Shown: in pieces, positions 39,219-52,830 of the stretch
How the letters are laid out: each line of letters begins with the position of its first letter
Numbering within the stretch: position 1 is the stretch's first letter
NCBI GenBank assembly: GCA_000004695.1
Contig: CM000150.2
Location: forward strand, 4,288,001 to 4,352,000
Direction of reading: 5' to 3'
Source of the DNA: Dictyostelium discoideum
Taxonomy: Eukaryota
DNA length: 64,000 bases
Program-made: the position numbers and the translations under genes
The notes under the pieces: model-generated
What the model was told of the DNA's origin: nothing
The model's database searches: none
What the model saw: only the letters and a program-made list of their open reading frames with translations

Positions 39219-40630
39219 ATGTATTATATAAATAACTCTACTGTTACAACGACACCAGCGCCAACACAAACCCCATACGACTCGAGAAGGTGTTACTGTG
39301 ATCCAGTATTTCAATTAGAAGAGGGAGAAGAATGTAACCCTGAAGGATGTTTAACATTATCAATTATATTTTTAATATTATATTTAATTCCAATTGTAAT
39401 TTGTATTTCTCGTTTCTATGAAATGAGAAATAGAAAAGATAGTGCATGGTCAATAGTTTCATTAGTTTTCTTATTTATAACAAGTTTGAGTATGTTTTTT
39501 TAAATAATAATTATTTTTCAAAAAAATTAAAAAAAAATTTATCTAAACACTTTTTTAGGTGAAAAAAAAAAAAAAAAAAAAAAAAAATTATCTGTAAAAA
39601 AAAAAAAATACTAATATTATTATTATTATTATTATTATTTAATAAAAAATTTATTATAGTTAGAATAATAAGATCAATATTATTAATAGTTAAATTTGAA
39701 AATTATTTAATTATGGGTCTTACATTTGTTTTACCTTTAGGTATTTTAATTTGTTCATATTTCAATACACTTTATGTTTGGGTTAAAATTATACATCACA
39801 TTAATTTTTCGAAGATGGTATCAAGAGTATTCCCATTCTTAGGTAAAGTTTTAATAGGTTCTCAAATTGTTTTAATGGTTTTATTAATTGCAACATGTTT
39901 AGCTGGTTGGTCGTTTTATGCAACAAATACACTTTTATTAGTTTTCTTGATTTATGGAGGGTAAAAAAAAAATTAAATATATATTATTTATTTTTAGAAT
40001 TATTCATATAGAATTTATATTTATTTATTAACATTTTATATTTATTTTTTTTAAAAAAAAAAAAAAAAAAAAATTAGTGTTGGATGTATTGTATTTGTAA
40101 AAATGATTTGGCAAGAATATAGAGATTTATCAGATAAAGATTGTGGTGTATTCAGTCAAACTAGTCATGAAAGAATTCAAAAAGTTTTAAAATTATCATC
40201 AACTGCAATCGTTATAACAATATTAACAGTTGGTATGGTAATTTGGAGTTTTAAACTTGAAGGTAAATTACCAATGTCTCAAATTTTAGCATATAATTTT
40301 ATTGGTCGTTTCATTGAAATCGTTTGGATTGGTGTAATGTTATTAGTATTAGCACCAAAATTGCAATCATGGGGTCAAAATTCCTCTTCAAGAACAAATA
40401 GAAACTCTAATCTCGATGATTTAAGTGATTCTTCAATTGACATTGAATCAAATGATGATTCTAGTAAAGAAAAAGATTTAACCTCTTGTAATAATAGCTC
40501 AAATTTAAATATTAATACAAATCATAATACTAGTTCAAGTCCAAATGTAAATAATAATTCAAATCAATCTTTAGAAGTTTCTGAAAATTTAAATAACAAA
40601 GATGATTTAATAGGTGGTGCTGATGTTTAA
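39219..40630 (+). CDS. Multi-pass membrane protein. Three exons: join(39219..39489,39690..39960,40078..40630).
   Basis: Three ATG or alternative-start ORFs link in phase through GTATGT and GTAAAA donors and the AATAG/ATTAG acceptors. There are several hydrophobic helices and a S/N-rich C-terminal tail. The family is not identified. Confidence 0.45.
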
Positions 40631-40689
40631 ATATATAATTTAAATATATTTATTTCTTATTATTATTTTTTTTTTTTCTATATATCTAA

Positions 40690-40720
<31 letters not shown>

Positions 40721-40738
40721 GAAAATTTAAAATTAGAA

Positions 40739-40770
<32 letters not shown>

Positions 40771-40924
40771 AGTATAAAAAAAAAAAGAAAAAAAAAACAA
40801 AAGAAATAAACAAAAAGTAATTAAAAAAAAAAAAAAACTTTTAAACTAAATCAAATTAAGAAATTAAAGGAAATCTCTCTCTAACTCTCTCTCTCCTCCA
40901 ATAAAGATATTGTATTAAGAAAAG

Positions 40925-40969
<45 letters not shown>

Positions 40970-41079
40970 AACAAATTGTGTATATATATTTTTAATATTT
41001 ATTTATTTTTAGATTATTTTTTTTTTTTTTTTTAGATTTTTAGATTTTTAGATTTTTTTTTTAAAATTTTTTTTATTTT

Positions 41080-43224
41080 TTAATGGAACCATTTTTTCTT
41101 CTTTTGAGCATGTTCAGTTGGATTTGATTTATTTTTAAGATAATTATTTGCTAATTGATCAAATGATTCTTCAGATTTTCTTTTTTTAGAAGCAGCATCA
41201 ATAATATTTTGAGGTCTATTTAATAAAATTGATTTATCTTTAGGAATTGTAGTTGAAGTATGAATTGGTTTACCATTTATAAGTTGTTGTTTTTGTGGTG
41301 GTTTTTGTTGTTGTGGTTTTGATATAAATTGTTTAGTTGGTGGTTGTGGTTGTTGTTGTTGTTGTTTATGTTTTTTAATTAATTTTTCTTGAATTTTTTG
41401 AGTAATTTTTGGTTTTTTTGAATTCATATCTTTTAATTGTTGTTGTAATTTCTTCTTTTCAACTACTAATTGTTTTTGTTCATTTAAAGCATCGACATCA
41501 ACACCCTGTGATTCTAATTTAGCTCTTTGTTCTCTCTTCTTTTCTCTTTGTCTTTGACCTCTTGATAATTTCTTTTCAACTGGAATTGGTTTACCATTTT
41601 CATCTAGAGGTTGTTCTTTTCTTTGTTGTTTCTTTAAGATTGAACGTTCAATTTTTTGTTGTTGTTGTCTTTTAGCTTGTTTTTCTAAATAAATATTTTG
41701 TTTTTTAACAGCACGAGCATCTTCAACTGCAAATTGAGTGAATAAACGTTGACCTTTAGATTTTAAATTTGAAGGTGAAAAGAAGATCTTTGAATTGTTA
41801 TTGGTTTTATGAAGAATTTCAAGAGCACCTTGATGAGTTGAACATTCGATGAATGCGAAACCCTTGGATTTTGCTTTACCTTGAGCATTGACTCTTTCAT
41901 TGTCACAGGCTACTTTGGCAAATACAACCTTGTCTTTAATATTGGCAGTTTTTAATATTTTCATTGTGGCATTCTTTAAGATTGTATCGGTTACATGTAA
42001 TGGGAGATTTCTAATACATAAACGGGTTGGAGAAACGTAATAATTTGGATTAACTTTTAATTTTGTTTGATTCTCTTTATCAGCTTGGTTTCTTAATGCC
42101 CAATCTTTTTCATCCAATTCTTTACCTTCGGCAGAGTTTTGAATGATTTTACCAATGTTTAATAAATGTTTGTTCTTTTTATCGACATTTTCAACTTTCT
42201 TCTCTTTGTATGCTGTTGCTTGTTGATGATCAACTGCATAGCATACTACTAAACATCTACCATCCAACATGACACCACCTTGAAGTAATGATGAAACGGA
42301 TAATGAATTCTTTTTACTCTCTTTTTTACTATCCTTTTGATTTTTATTGATCTTGTCTTCCAATGATAAATCATATAATGGTGTACTTGAACATGCTTCA
42401 ACTGCTCTACGAGCATCATCTTGTTCATGATACTTTACAAATGCTTTACCTGTTGGTTTTTGTGTTAACTTATCCAATACTAATCTACAAAATACTAATT
42501 TACCATACTCTTCAAATTTAGCTCCTAAATCTTCTTCTTTTGTATCAAATGCCAAATTTCTAATAAATAATGTTTTTAATTCATCAACTTCTTTTTCTAA
42601 AAAAAAATAAATAAAAATAAATTAATAAATAAATATTTATTTTTAAATATATATATATACTTACTATTTCTAGTATGATCAATAGCCATTTTCTTTTTAA
42701 CATCTAATTTGCTTTCTTTTTTATCACCTTCACCATCTTCATCATCTTCATCATCTTCTCCTTCTTCCATATTATCATCATCTTCATCTTCTTCGTCATC
42801 TTCATCTTCATCATCATCATCAGTTTCTTCTTTCATTTCTTCATCTTCATTCTCATCTTTATTATCTTCTTTATCTTCATCTTCCTCATCTTCATCATCA
42901 TCATCATCATTATCTTTATTTTCTTTAGAATCTTGTTTTTGTTGTTGTTGTTTATCAAATTGTAATTGTTGATAATCATTTTGTTTAAGTGACCAATCAA
43001 TAACGATTTGTCTAGTGTGTATTTTTTCATTATTACATTCTTTAAGTACTTTTTCACTAGATTCTCTTTCTTTAAATGTTAAAAATGCAAAACCTCTTGG
43101 TGTATTTGTTCCTGGTTTTGTTGGTACTTTAACTAAAATTAATTGACCATAACTAGAAAATTTTTCAACAAGAAATTGAATATTTGTCTATTGGGAGGAG
43201 GAAGAGGGGTGAGAGGAAAATAAA

Positions 43225-43256
<32 letters not shown>

Positions 43257-43994
43257 AAAAAGAGAAATCTCTCTATTAATAAACTAAAATAAATAAATTA
43301 AAATAGTAATAATAATAATAAATAGACATACATTAAAACTTAAATTACGAATAATTAATTCATTTGCTTTTAAATTATCATTTTCGACAGCATATAAAAC
43401 TGATTTACCATTATTTTGTTTATTTTTAGTTAATTTTGTAACTACTTGTTTTAAATTTTCTTGATTTTCACAAACGATTCTAATTGCATCATTTGAATGT
43501 GGAATTGAATAAACTGCTTTAATAGTATCTTTCTTTAAACTAAGGAAATTTGAAACAAATACTTTCTCTGCAACTAAATTATTTGCAATTACTGAAAATT
43601 CTTTCTTTGTATTATATTGTTTAACTATTGGTTCTTCTGGTGTAGTGGTAGTAGTAGTAGTAGTTGCAGTTGTAGTATCTTTTGAATCTTTTGAATCTTT
43701 TGAATCTTTTGAATCTTTTGAATCTTTCTTTGATAATTTCTCTTTTGCAATAGAAACATGAATAATTTTACTTTTTAATTGTTTATTATTTTTTTCTTTA
43801 ATTGCTTTTTCAGCATGTTCAGCTAATGCATACCAAACGTATGCAATACCACTACAAACTTTTTCACCCTTTTCATTTTGTTTTGTAACTATAAAACATC
43901 TTTTTAATGGACCAATATCTGAAAAGAAATTTTCAAGATCTTCATTGGTTGTATCTGGTGTTAAACCTTTTACAAAAACTTGTTTATTATTCAT
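41080..43994 (-). CDS. Nucleolar four-RRM protein, Nop4/RBM28-like. Three exons: complement(join(41080..42596,42665..43187,43332..43994)).
   Basis: RRM1 (VFVKGLTPDTTNEDLENFFSDIGPLKRCFIV), RRM2 (GFAFLTFKERESSEKV), an acidic D/E stretch, RRM3 (GKAFVKYHEQDDARRAV), RRM4 (SKGFAFIECSTHQGALE) and a basic C-terminus. The donors GTATGT 43331 and GTAAGT 42664 and the acceptors were phase-checked. Confidence 0.75.
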
Positions 43995-44328
43995 TATTAT
44001 TGATTTGATTTGATTTAATTTTGATTAATAATAATTATAATACTAATAATAAAAATAAAAACAATCGATAATTGGAATGAAAAAAAAAAAAAAATTAAAA
44101 AACGAAGCTTTCGTCGTGAATTTTATTTTTATTTTTTTTAATTTTAATTTTTTTTTATTTTTTATTTTTAATTTTTTTTTGTGTGAAAAAACGATGGGGA
44201 TTTTTTTATTTTTTATTTTTCCAACTTTTTTTTTTTTTTTTCCAACTTTTTTTTTTCCAAACAAATTTTATTATAAATTTGATTTGATTTTTTTTATCTT
44301 CTTTTTTTTTATTTTTTTTTTTTTATTT

Positions 44329-46911
44329 TTAAAAGAAATCTTCATAATCTTCATCTTTTGTTACGAGTGCATTTGGTTCGTTGTCATCATCATCATTGTC
44401 ATTAAATTTAATGGTTGAAGATGGTGGTATTGGTTGAGATTTTGAATTAATTGATGGTGATTTTGGTTTTGAAATTGGAATATTATCATCATCATCATCA
44501 TCTGAACTATCTATATTTTTTTTAACATGTGGATTAAAACTATCATCATCTGATTCTTCATCTTTAAATTTAACTGGTTTAGATTTTGGTTTTGAAATTT
44601 CTGTTGTTTGCTTTTTTACAATTGGTGGCATTATTGTTGTAGTTGTATTAATTTTTGGTGAAGATGATAAAGGAATTGGGTTCATCTTTGGTGAAGAAGA
44701 AGAAGAAGAGTTTGGTGACATTGGAGTAATTTTTGGTGAAGATGATAAAGGAATTGAATTCATTTTTGGTGATGATGACGGTTTTGGTGATAATGATGAT
44801 GTTGTTTGAGTTGAAGTTGGTGAATATGATAATTTTGGTGAGGGAGAAGAAGATTTAATTGGTGGTGATTTCTTTGTTACAGGTTTTTTAATTTCTTCAT
44901 CGTAATCAATATCTTTTGCAACTAAAGGGTTAAAATCATCTTCATCAGAATCATCATTAAATTTAATATTTGATGGTTTTTTATTATTATTATTACTATT
45001 ATTTACAAAACTATTATTTTTAAAGGCATCATCATCATCATCATCATCATCAAATTTAACTTCACTATTGCCAAACGGATTAAAATCATCTAAAGTTGAT
45101 GTATTTACTGATGATTTTTTATTACTATTTATTGTTGCCGTTGCTTTTGATGTCGATGGTGGTGGTGGTGTTGAAGTAACCTTTTTATCATCATCTTTTG
45201 GTTTAGATTGTGATGGTGAGGATTGACTTGAATTTGATGATGGTTTTTGTTGTGTAGAGGTTGTAGATGGAGATGTGGCAATTTTTGCTATTGATGGTTG
45301 TGGTTGTGATGATGTAGTGGAAGTAATTTTTTGTGATTGTTTTTGAGTTGTTGGTGGCGGTTTTTGTTGTGTAGTTTGTTGTTTCTTTTGTGATTTTGTT
45401 GGAGTTTTAGCTGAATAGAAATCATCTTCTTCTTTTGAAACCCAAGGATTATTATCACCATCATCATCGTCATCATCACTTCCAAATTTATCATTAAATT
45501 GTTGTTGTTGTTTATTTCCACCAGTAATAATATTCTTTAAGAAAGTAGTTTTTGAAGTTTTTTCACCATAGAAATCATCATCATCATATCCACCTGCAAC
45601 AAATTCATCAACACTTGATAATACTTTTGGCATTGCTGCAACTACTGATTTATTTTGTTGTATTTGTTTTTGCTGCTGCTGTTGTTGTTCTTGTTGTTGT
45701 TGTTGTTGTTGTTGCTGTTGTATTTGTTGTGAAGTTGACAAATTTGGTTCAGATTTTGAAAATAATCTTGAAAAGAAAGAACCTGATGAAGAAGTACTTG
45801 GTTGTGGTTGTTGTGGTGGTGATGATGAATTTGGTTTTGGTGTTGGTGATACTTGTGCAGGTGTTGGAGTTAGTTGTGATGGTATTGGTTGTGGTAATGG
45901 TATTGGTTGTGGTAATGGTTGATGTGGTTGCTGTATTTGTTGTGGTGGTTGTTGTTTTTGTTGTGTAATTCTCTTAATATGATTATTATAATCAGATTCT
46001 TTTAACATTATTGATAATTCATCTTTTGAAGATTGTAATTCAATTTTATTTCTTTCCAATTGTTGTATTAGTGATTTTCTTTGAATCTCTAGGAATGGTA
46101 TATTAAAGAATCTAACGATGTTTTGTAAACCATATGCATTTAACATTGAAGCTTCAATATGGGTGACATTATCCCTTGAATTGATTAATGTATCTATATC
46201 AGCATAAGTTACAATCGAATTCTTATCTTGAATATTATTATAAATTCCAATTGGATTTCTATCACGAAAGTTTGAAATTATTAAAATGAATTTATCAATT
46301 GGTACTTTATTAAACTCCTTTTCAATATATTTGAATGTCCATCGCTTTGATGGATCCATCATAAATATTACAGCATTAACATTTTTATATACATTAATGG
46401 TTTTTGAATCTAATCCACCAATTTTAAAACTACCTTTACCTTTAAATTTATTCATATCTGTTAATAATTTTGGATCGAATATATCTTCATTATTATTATT
46501 ATCATCATCATCATCATCATCATCAAAAAATGATTCATCAATTTTTTCATTATCATTATCATTATTATTATTATTTGATCTTTGTTGTGATTTATTTGAT
46601 GTTTTTAATGTGGTTGATGTTTTATTACTACTACTACTATTAGTGTTTGCAACATCTACTATATCCCAAATTTCAACATCTACAATATCATCTGTGTCTA
46701 TAAATATAATAATATTAATTAAAAAATGTTCATTCATATGAACTATTTATTATAAATAATAAATACAAACTTTTATAATCCCAATTAATATGTGATATTT
46801 GTATTTCTGGTGTTGGTGTATATAATTCTTTAAATGGTAATCCTTGAAGTCTATTAAATAATGATGTTTTGCCTGTATTTCTATCACCTTTAATAATAAA
46901 TTTCACTGTGA

Positions 46912-46986
<75 letters not shown>

Positions 46987-47222
46987 GTTATTATTATTAT
47001 TATTATTATTGTTGTTGTTGTTGTTATTATTTTTGATTAATAAAAAAAAAAAAAAAAGGAACATTGTATTAATATAAATTATTATTTCTTTATTATCATT
47101 ATTATTATTATTATTATAATTTAATTTTCGATTTGAAATTATTTACAATAATATTTAATTGATTTATTATTTAATTTCATTTTTAATTCAGGTTTCATTA
47201 TAGAAACATCTGAAGGTTTCAT
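44329..47222 (-). CDS. RABL6 (Rab-like protein 6/Parf) homolog. Three exons: complement(join(44329..46697,46771..46905,47147..47222)).
   Basis: [43 protein letters not shown]...TDDIVDVEIWDIVD aligns with human RABL6 [80 protein letters not shown] aligns with FFNIPFLQLQRETLLRQLETN. A long S/T/P/Q-rich and acidic tail follows. Exon 1 is MKPSDVSIMKPELKMKLNNKSIKYY. Intron 2 is an (AAT)n microsatellite. Confidence 0.75.
46914..47030. repeat. (TTA)n/(TTG)n microsatellite that forms the body of RABL6 intron 46906..47146.
   Basis: It reads as (AAT)n on the coding strand. It has TAA in all frames. Confidence 0.85.
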
Positions 47223-47300
47223 TTTTTATTTTATTTTATTTTATTTTTATTTTTATTTTTATTTGATGTATTAGTTTAATAGAAAATATGGGAATGAAAG

Positions 47301-47342
<42 letters not shown>

Positions 47343-47566
47343 TTTTGAAAATTTTTTTATTTTTCTTATATTTAATTTTTTATTTTTATATTTTTTATTT
47401 TTTTATTTTTATATTTTTTTTTGATATTTACAATGAAAGATCGTTCCACATTTTTAAAGTTTAAAATATCTAAAATTGATTATTATTTAAAAAATACCTA
47501 CAATTAAAATGGATGAAAATGATGAATCAGGCAATGAATCGGATGAACAAAGTATTTTTATTAATT

Positions 47567-47601
<35 letters not shown>

Positions 47602-47967
47602 CTGAATAGAGATATACTATTTTGGATTAATGACAAAAAAAAAAATATATATATTGGAGAAGTATTATATATAGAAATAATAAATATAAAAAAAAAAAAA
47701 CTAAAGAGAAAAAAAATATGGAAAGTTAAATATTTTTATAAAATTAATATCTTTATTATTTTTCCTATTACCAAAAAAGCATAAAAAAATAAGAAGCACA
47801 CAATTTTAGTAATTGATTTGTTTTATAAAAATAAAGATCACTAAAAATAAAATCAAAATATAACTCTTTTTTTTTTTTTTTTTTTATTATTATTTTATTA
47901 TTATAATTATTATCATTAATTATTTTTTATTATTTGAATAAAAATTTTTTATAAATTTATTTTTAGT

Positions 47968-47998
<31 letters not shown>

Positions 47999-48074
47999 TT
48001 TATAGTGGCAGTTATTTCAAAAGAAATGTTTAATATTTTTTTTTTTTATTTTTAAATTTCATTTGTTATATTTT

Positions 48075-49602
48075 TTATAGTTTTTTTGGATTTGACCAAA
48101 TATATAATAATTTATCATTACCACCAGAAATTAAGTATTTTGAATCGGGGGACCAAGCAATACTATTAACTTTTGCATGGTTATTACCTAAATGAATGGA
48201 ATCTATTAAATTACCATTTGAGAGATTAAAAAATCCAATAACATTTGTAGTTTGATTAACACCAGCAAATAAAGTACAATCAGGTGAAATTGAAATTATC
48301 TCTATAACACCAATTTCTGATGTAATTGAATATGTACATTCAGGATCAACTTCTAATTTATAATTTACATTTAAATTCCATAATCTAATACTACCATCTT
48401 TTGATGATGTTATAATTTTCAAACCATCTTTTGAAAAATCTATTGAATAAATACATGTCTTTTTATTTAAAATTAGTATAAATTTTATTTTATAATAATA
48501 ATCAATAATTAACTAATTAATAATAACAACATACTTTATAACCAGTTAAAGACATAACTCTTTTACATTCATTAACAGTACCATCTTTCTTTTTAATACA
48601 TTCATAAATTTTAACTTCAGAACTAAAAGAGGCAATAGCAAAGAATCTACCACATTGAGTCATAGCAGCCATATAGTTTTTAATTTGACCATTATTTATT
48701 GTTTGAATGATTTGACCTTTGAGATTAAATATTTTTAAGATTGTATCATCACCACTACATGTTAAAATATAAGGTGATTGAGAACTTGAACAAATTGATT
48801 TAATTCTTGATTTTATCTCTAAATTAACTGAAAATCCATCTTCATATGATTTACCAGTTTGTAAACTTTTCTATAGAATAATAAATTAAAATAAATTAAA
48901 ATTAAAATTTATATAAATTATTAATATTAAAATTAAAATACCTACTTGATCTAAAATATTAAAAGAAACTAATTTTTGAGATTCATTTAAAGTTGCATAA
49001 AGAGTTTTATTACCCCAAGAAATACAAGTTGCATTATCGAATGGAAGTTGAAGATTAAATGATTGTGGTACTTTTGAATTGATTAAACTATCAAATAAAT
49101 ACATTCTGATTAACCTTTCAGTACCACAGAATGATAAATATTTACCATCTTCACTAAATTTAATACAATCTATAACATCACCACCTCTAAAAACTTTAAA
49201 AAATAATTTATGTTCTTGAATTGTTAGTTGTGGTTGTTGTGATATAGAGATTGGGTTTGGTGATGATGATTCTGTATTATTAACTGTTGTTGTTGGTGGT
49301 GGTGGGGATGGAATTGGTGTATCAATATGTTGTTTTTGTTGATTTGATTTTGTTGTATTAGTATTACTAGTAGTTACTGTTGATTGTAATGTTGGAGAAG
49401 GATTCTTCTTTTTATTTTTTTTGTTTGATAATGATGAAGTTGGTGGTGATGATGATGTGGCAGTTACTGTTGTTGTAGGTTTTTTAAAACTTGAAATTAT
49501 AAAAGATACTGTTACAACTAAAAGTAAAATTGGTATTGTTATTAAATATACATTATTTTCAAACTTTAATTTAACAAATTTGATTATTTCATCAAATTCC
49601 AT
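48075..49602 (-). CDS. WD40-repeat protein with an N-terminal transmembrane anchor (TBL2-like). Three exons: complement(join(48075..48458,48535..48870,48946..49602)).
   Basis: The N-terminal hydrophobic segment VYLITIPILLLVVTVSFIISSF is followed by a T/S/P-rich linker and WD repeats (FSEDGKYLSFCG, DFSKDGLKIITSSKDGSIRLWN, AWSPDSKYLISGGNDKLLYIW). The donors GTAGGT 48945 and GTATGT 48534 and the acceptors were phase-checked. Confidence 0.65.
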
Positions 49603-49830
49603 TATTCAATATCTATTGTATTTTTTTTTTTTTTTTCTCTGTTTGATGATCCAAATTTTTAATTAAATAATAAAAAAAAAAAAAAAAAAAAAAAAAAATA
49701 ATATTTTTTTTTTTTTTTTTTTTAAAATTAATATTTTTAATTTTTATTTTATTTTTACTTTTTTTTTTTTTTCCAAACATCATTTCATTTCCTCTCCACA
49801 TCGCTACCCCTTATTTTGAAAAAAAAAAAA

Positions 49831-49862
<32 letters not shown>

Positions 49863-49916
49863 AAATAAAATAAAAATATAAAAAAAAATTATTATTATTA
49901 AAAAAAAGGTACAAAA

Positions 49917-50637
49917 ATGAATGTTCAAAGAATTATAGGAGTTTGTGGATTAAATGCATCTGGTAAAAGTACAATTTGTAATTTTTATAAGAATAAAGGA
50001 TTTACTGTAATCTCATTATCTGATATAATAAGACAAACATTAAAAGAAAGAAATTCACCAGAAACTAGAGATAATTTAATTAATCTTGGAAATGAATTAA
50101 GAAATAGTAAATATCATAATTATTAATTATACTCAATTTTTAGAAAATCAATAATAAAATTAACCAATAAAGAATAATAAAATAATAATAATAATTATAA
50201 TAATATTATAAAATTAAAATTTATCATTAAAAAAAAGAGAAAGTGGTGCAGGAGTTTTAGCAAATTTAACAATTGAAAAATTAAATGAAAATACAAATTA
50301 TGTAATTGACTCAATTAGACATCCAGATGAAGTTACTTGTTTTAGAAATAAATTTAATAAAGATGGAAATAAAGTATTCAATTTAATTGGTATTGATAGT
50401 TCCGCAGAGAGTAGATTTCAAAGAACACAATCGAGAAAAAGAGAAGGTGATACAACAACTTTAGAGGAATTTATGTCTGTTGAAAAAAGAGAAATGAATA
50501 ATCCTGATCCAAAAGGTCAACAAGTTTCAAAGGTTTTAGAAATGTGTGATTATAAAATTTCAAATAATTTAGAACAAACTTTAGATGGTTTATTAAATGA
50601 ATTAAATAATTTAGAAATTAAATTAATTAAAAAATAA
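49917..50637 (+). CDS. P-loop nucleotide kinase-like protein (dephospho-CoA kinase or NMP-kinase-like fold). Two exons: join(49917..50106,50261..50637).
   Basis: Walker A IGVCGLNASGKSTI is at the N-terminus. A GTAAAT donor is at 50107. The acceptor TTTTAG at 50258-60 restores the frame (…DSIRHPDEV…). An alternative acceptor cannot be excluded. Confidence 0.45.
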
Positions 50638-50907
50638 TTAATTTAATGAAATTAGTAAATAAAATAAGAATTTCCAAACAAGTTAAAATTTTTTTTTTTA
50701 TGAATTGGATAATTTTTGATGTCCTAAACAGTTAAATAAATTCTTTTTTTTTTGTGTTTTTTTTTATTATTCATTTCATTCTTTTTTTTTTTCTGGATGT
50801 GTCATTTTCAATAATTTTGCAATAAAAAACTTTTTTTTTTTTTTTTTTTTTTTTGAATTGCAATAAAAAACCCCTTTGAGCTATTTTTTTTAAAATTTCA
50901 TCGATCA

Positions 50908-50981
50908 GTTCGGATGGTGTAGTCGGTTATCACGAATCCTTAACACGGATTAGGTCGTGGGTTCGATTCCCGCTCTGAATA
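50908..50981 (+). tRNA. tRNA-Val (anticodon AAC), third copy.
   Basis: Sequence identical to the two minus-strand copies. Confidence 0.85.
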
Positions 50982-51020
50982 CAAACAAACAGTTTTTAGA
51001 TATTGATGAATAGAATCGCA

Positions 51021-51033
51021 GGCTCGATTCCCA
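51021..51033 (+). promoter_or_regulatory. ex-B box downstream of tRNA-Val.
   Basis: GGCTCGATTCCCA lies about 40 nt 3' of the tRNA. Confidence 0.45.
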
Positions 51034-51529
51034 TAGTTGAAAGTAAATATCTAACATTTAGTTTATTATATATCTAATTAATTAATCATTAAAAAATATA
51101 AATATACATTCATAATTGGCCCATACTACTTTATTACCATTTTCATTTTCTTATAAACAACTGCCTAAATTATGATTTATTTGGGTTAAAAAATAAATTA
51201 AAAAAAAAAAAAAAAAAAACATTTTTATACACTGATATATAAATACAAACATTTCCATCCTCTTGAAGTATAAGTGGTTATCATATGTCCTGGTTATTGT
51301 AATAGTGAAATATTTAAAAAAATAAAACAAAATTTATTATTCTCATACAAATTCAATTATTTTAGTGGTAATTATTATTTTTGTCTTTGATTTATAGAAT
51401 TGTTGTGATTAGTCAATAATTTCTAATAAATTTTTTTTTTTATTTTTTATATACAATTAACTAATAAACTTAACAAGATTTTAATTTACAAAAAAAAAAA
51501 AAAAAAAAAAACCATTATTTTCCCAATTG

Positions 51530-52174
51530 ATGATCGGTAGTCCACAATCGTTGCCATTGGGATTGGGAGTTGGTGGATCAATGTTGTCCTTAATACTTTG
51601 CAATATGCAACAACCTACATATACAACTTATGACACCATTTGGGATGGTCCATTGGATTATAGTGTAAAGAAACCAATTTTAAAAAGTGTTGATAAAAGT
51701 GGTAAAAGTGTAATAGAGTTTGAAGAATTCAGTAAATCGGTTATACCAATTACAGTTGCCAATTATTCAACGTTACATAAAATGGCATTCGTTTCATTTT
51801 GTGTATTCAATGGAATTTCACTATCACCCGCTTTCGGATTACTCCCAGTATCTACAGTTTTGGGGGTCGCAGCTTTAAGTGTATTCGTTACTGGTGGTAG
51901 TGCTTTTGCTGCATTAAAGATGAAACCTGATAGTTTAACCAAATATAAACCAATACTCTATGGTAGCTTGTTTGGTCTTTTCGGATTGGGTTTGGTTTCA
52001 ATTGGTACTTCAATAATGATGGGTGAGAATACTTTCACCCATTTCGCTCAAGAGTTTGATCTCTATTTTGGTCTTGCTTTATTCACTGGTTTAACTGCTT
52101 TAGATACAATGCTGTCAAAACTTTTCAAGAGGGTAAACCAGATAACATTAGAGTTTCAATTGATCTATTTTTAG
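51530..52174 (+). CDS. Multi-pass membrane protein with GC-shifted codon usage. Possibly TMBIM/BI-1-family-like.
   Basis: The ATG is at 51530. There are glycine-zipper TM helices (GSLFGLFGLGLVSIG). The C-terminal LDTMLSKLFK resembles the TMBIM 'DTQ..I' motif. Third-codon positions are unusually G/C-rich for this genome. Confidence 0.4.
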   Translation: MIGSPQSLPLGLGVGGSMLSLILCNMQQPTYTTYDTIWDGPLDYSVKKPILKSVDKSGKSVIEFEEFSKSVIPITVANYSTLHKMAFVSFCVFNGISLSPAFGLLPVSTVLGVAALSVFVTGGSAFAALKMKPDSLTKYKPILYGSLFGLFGLGLVSIGTSIMMGENTFTHFAQEFDLYFGLALFTGLTALDTMLSKLFKRVNQITLEFQLIYF

Positions 52175-52227
52175 ATATTTTAAATATTTTTGTTAGACTT
52201 TTAAGAGCTAGATAGCAATAAGTAACC

Positions 52228-52267
<40 letters not shown>

Positions 52268-52830
52268 CTGTAGATAAAAAAAAAAAAAAAAAAAAAGAAA
52301 TAAAAAATATGGTATTAAAATTTGTAAATAAATAAAGTTGTAATTAAATTTAATCAAATAACAAATTTTATGGAAGAAGATATTTTCCAATTTTTTAAAA
52401 AACAAACAAAAAAAAAAAAAAAAAAAAATAAAAATTATTATGGATGCCAAAAATTGTTGGTTTATAAAATATTTTAAAAATTTTTTATCTTGGTTTAATT
52501 TAAATAATGTTTTGAATTGGTTTTATTAAAAAAAAAATTATTTTTTATTTTCAAAAGTTACATATAATTTTTTTTTTTTTGTTTTAAAATTAAAATGATT
52601 ATTTTAAAAAGTTTAAAGAAATTATCATGTGATTATTTTAAAATTAAATCAAAATAAAAGATATTTATTTTTTAAAAATATCTTTTTCGTCAAAAAAAAA
52701 AAAACCGTCGTTTGTGTAAAAAATAGAAAAAGGACATTATTTTTTAAAAAAAAAAAAAAAAAAAAAAAAGCATTTAATACATTTCGATAAAATTCAAAAT
52801 CAGAAAAAAAAGCTACCTTTTTAACAAAAA

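Noticed and set aside
42709-43057. Poly-Ser plus-strand ORF 42709..42972 and Met/Lys-rich ORF 42833..43057 -.
   Set aside because: Other-frame or antisense readings of the acidic (GAT/GAA)n stretch in the Nop4/RBM28-like gene.
45288-46741. ORFs 45288..45521 -, 45552..45968 +, 46286..46741 + inside the RABL6 gene.
   Set aside because: Alternative-frame or antisense readings of S/T/P/Q-rich low-complexity coding sequence.
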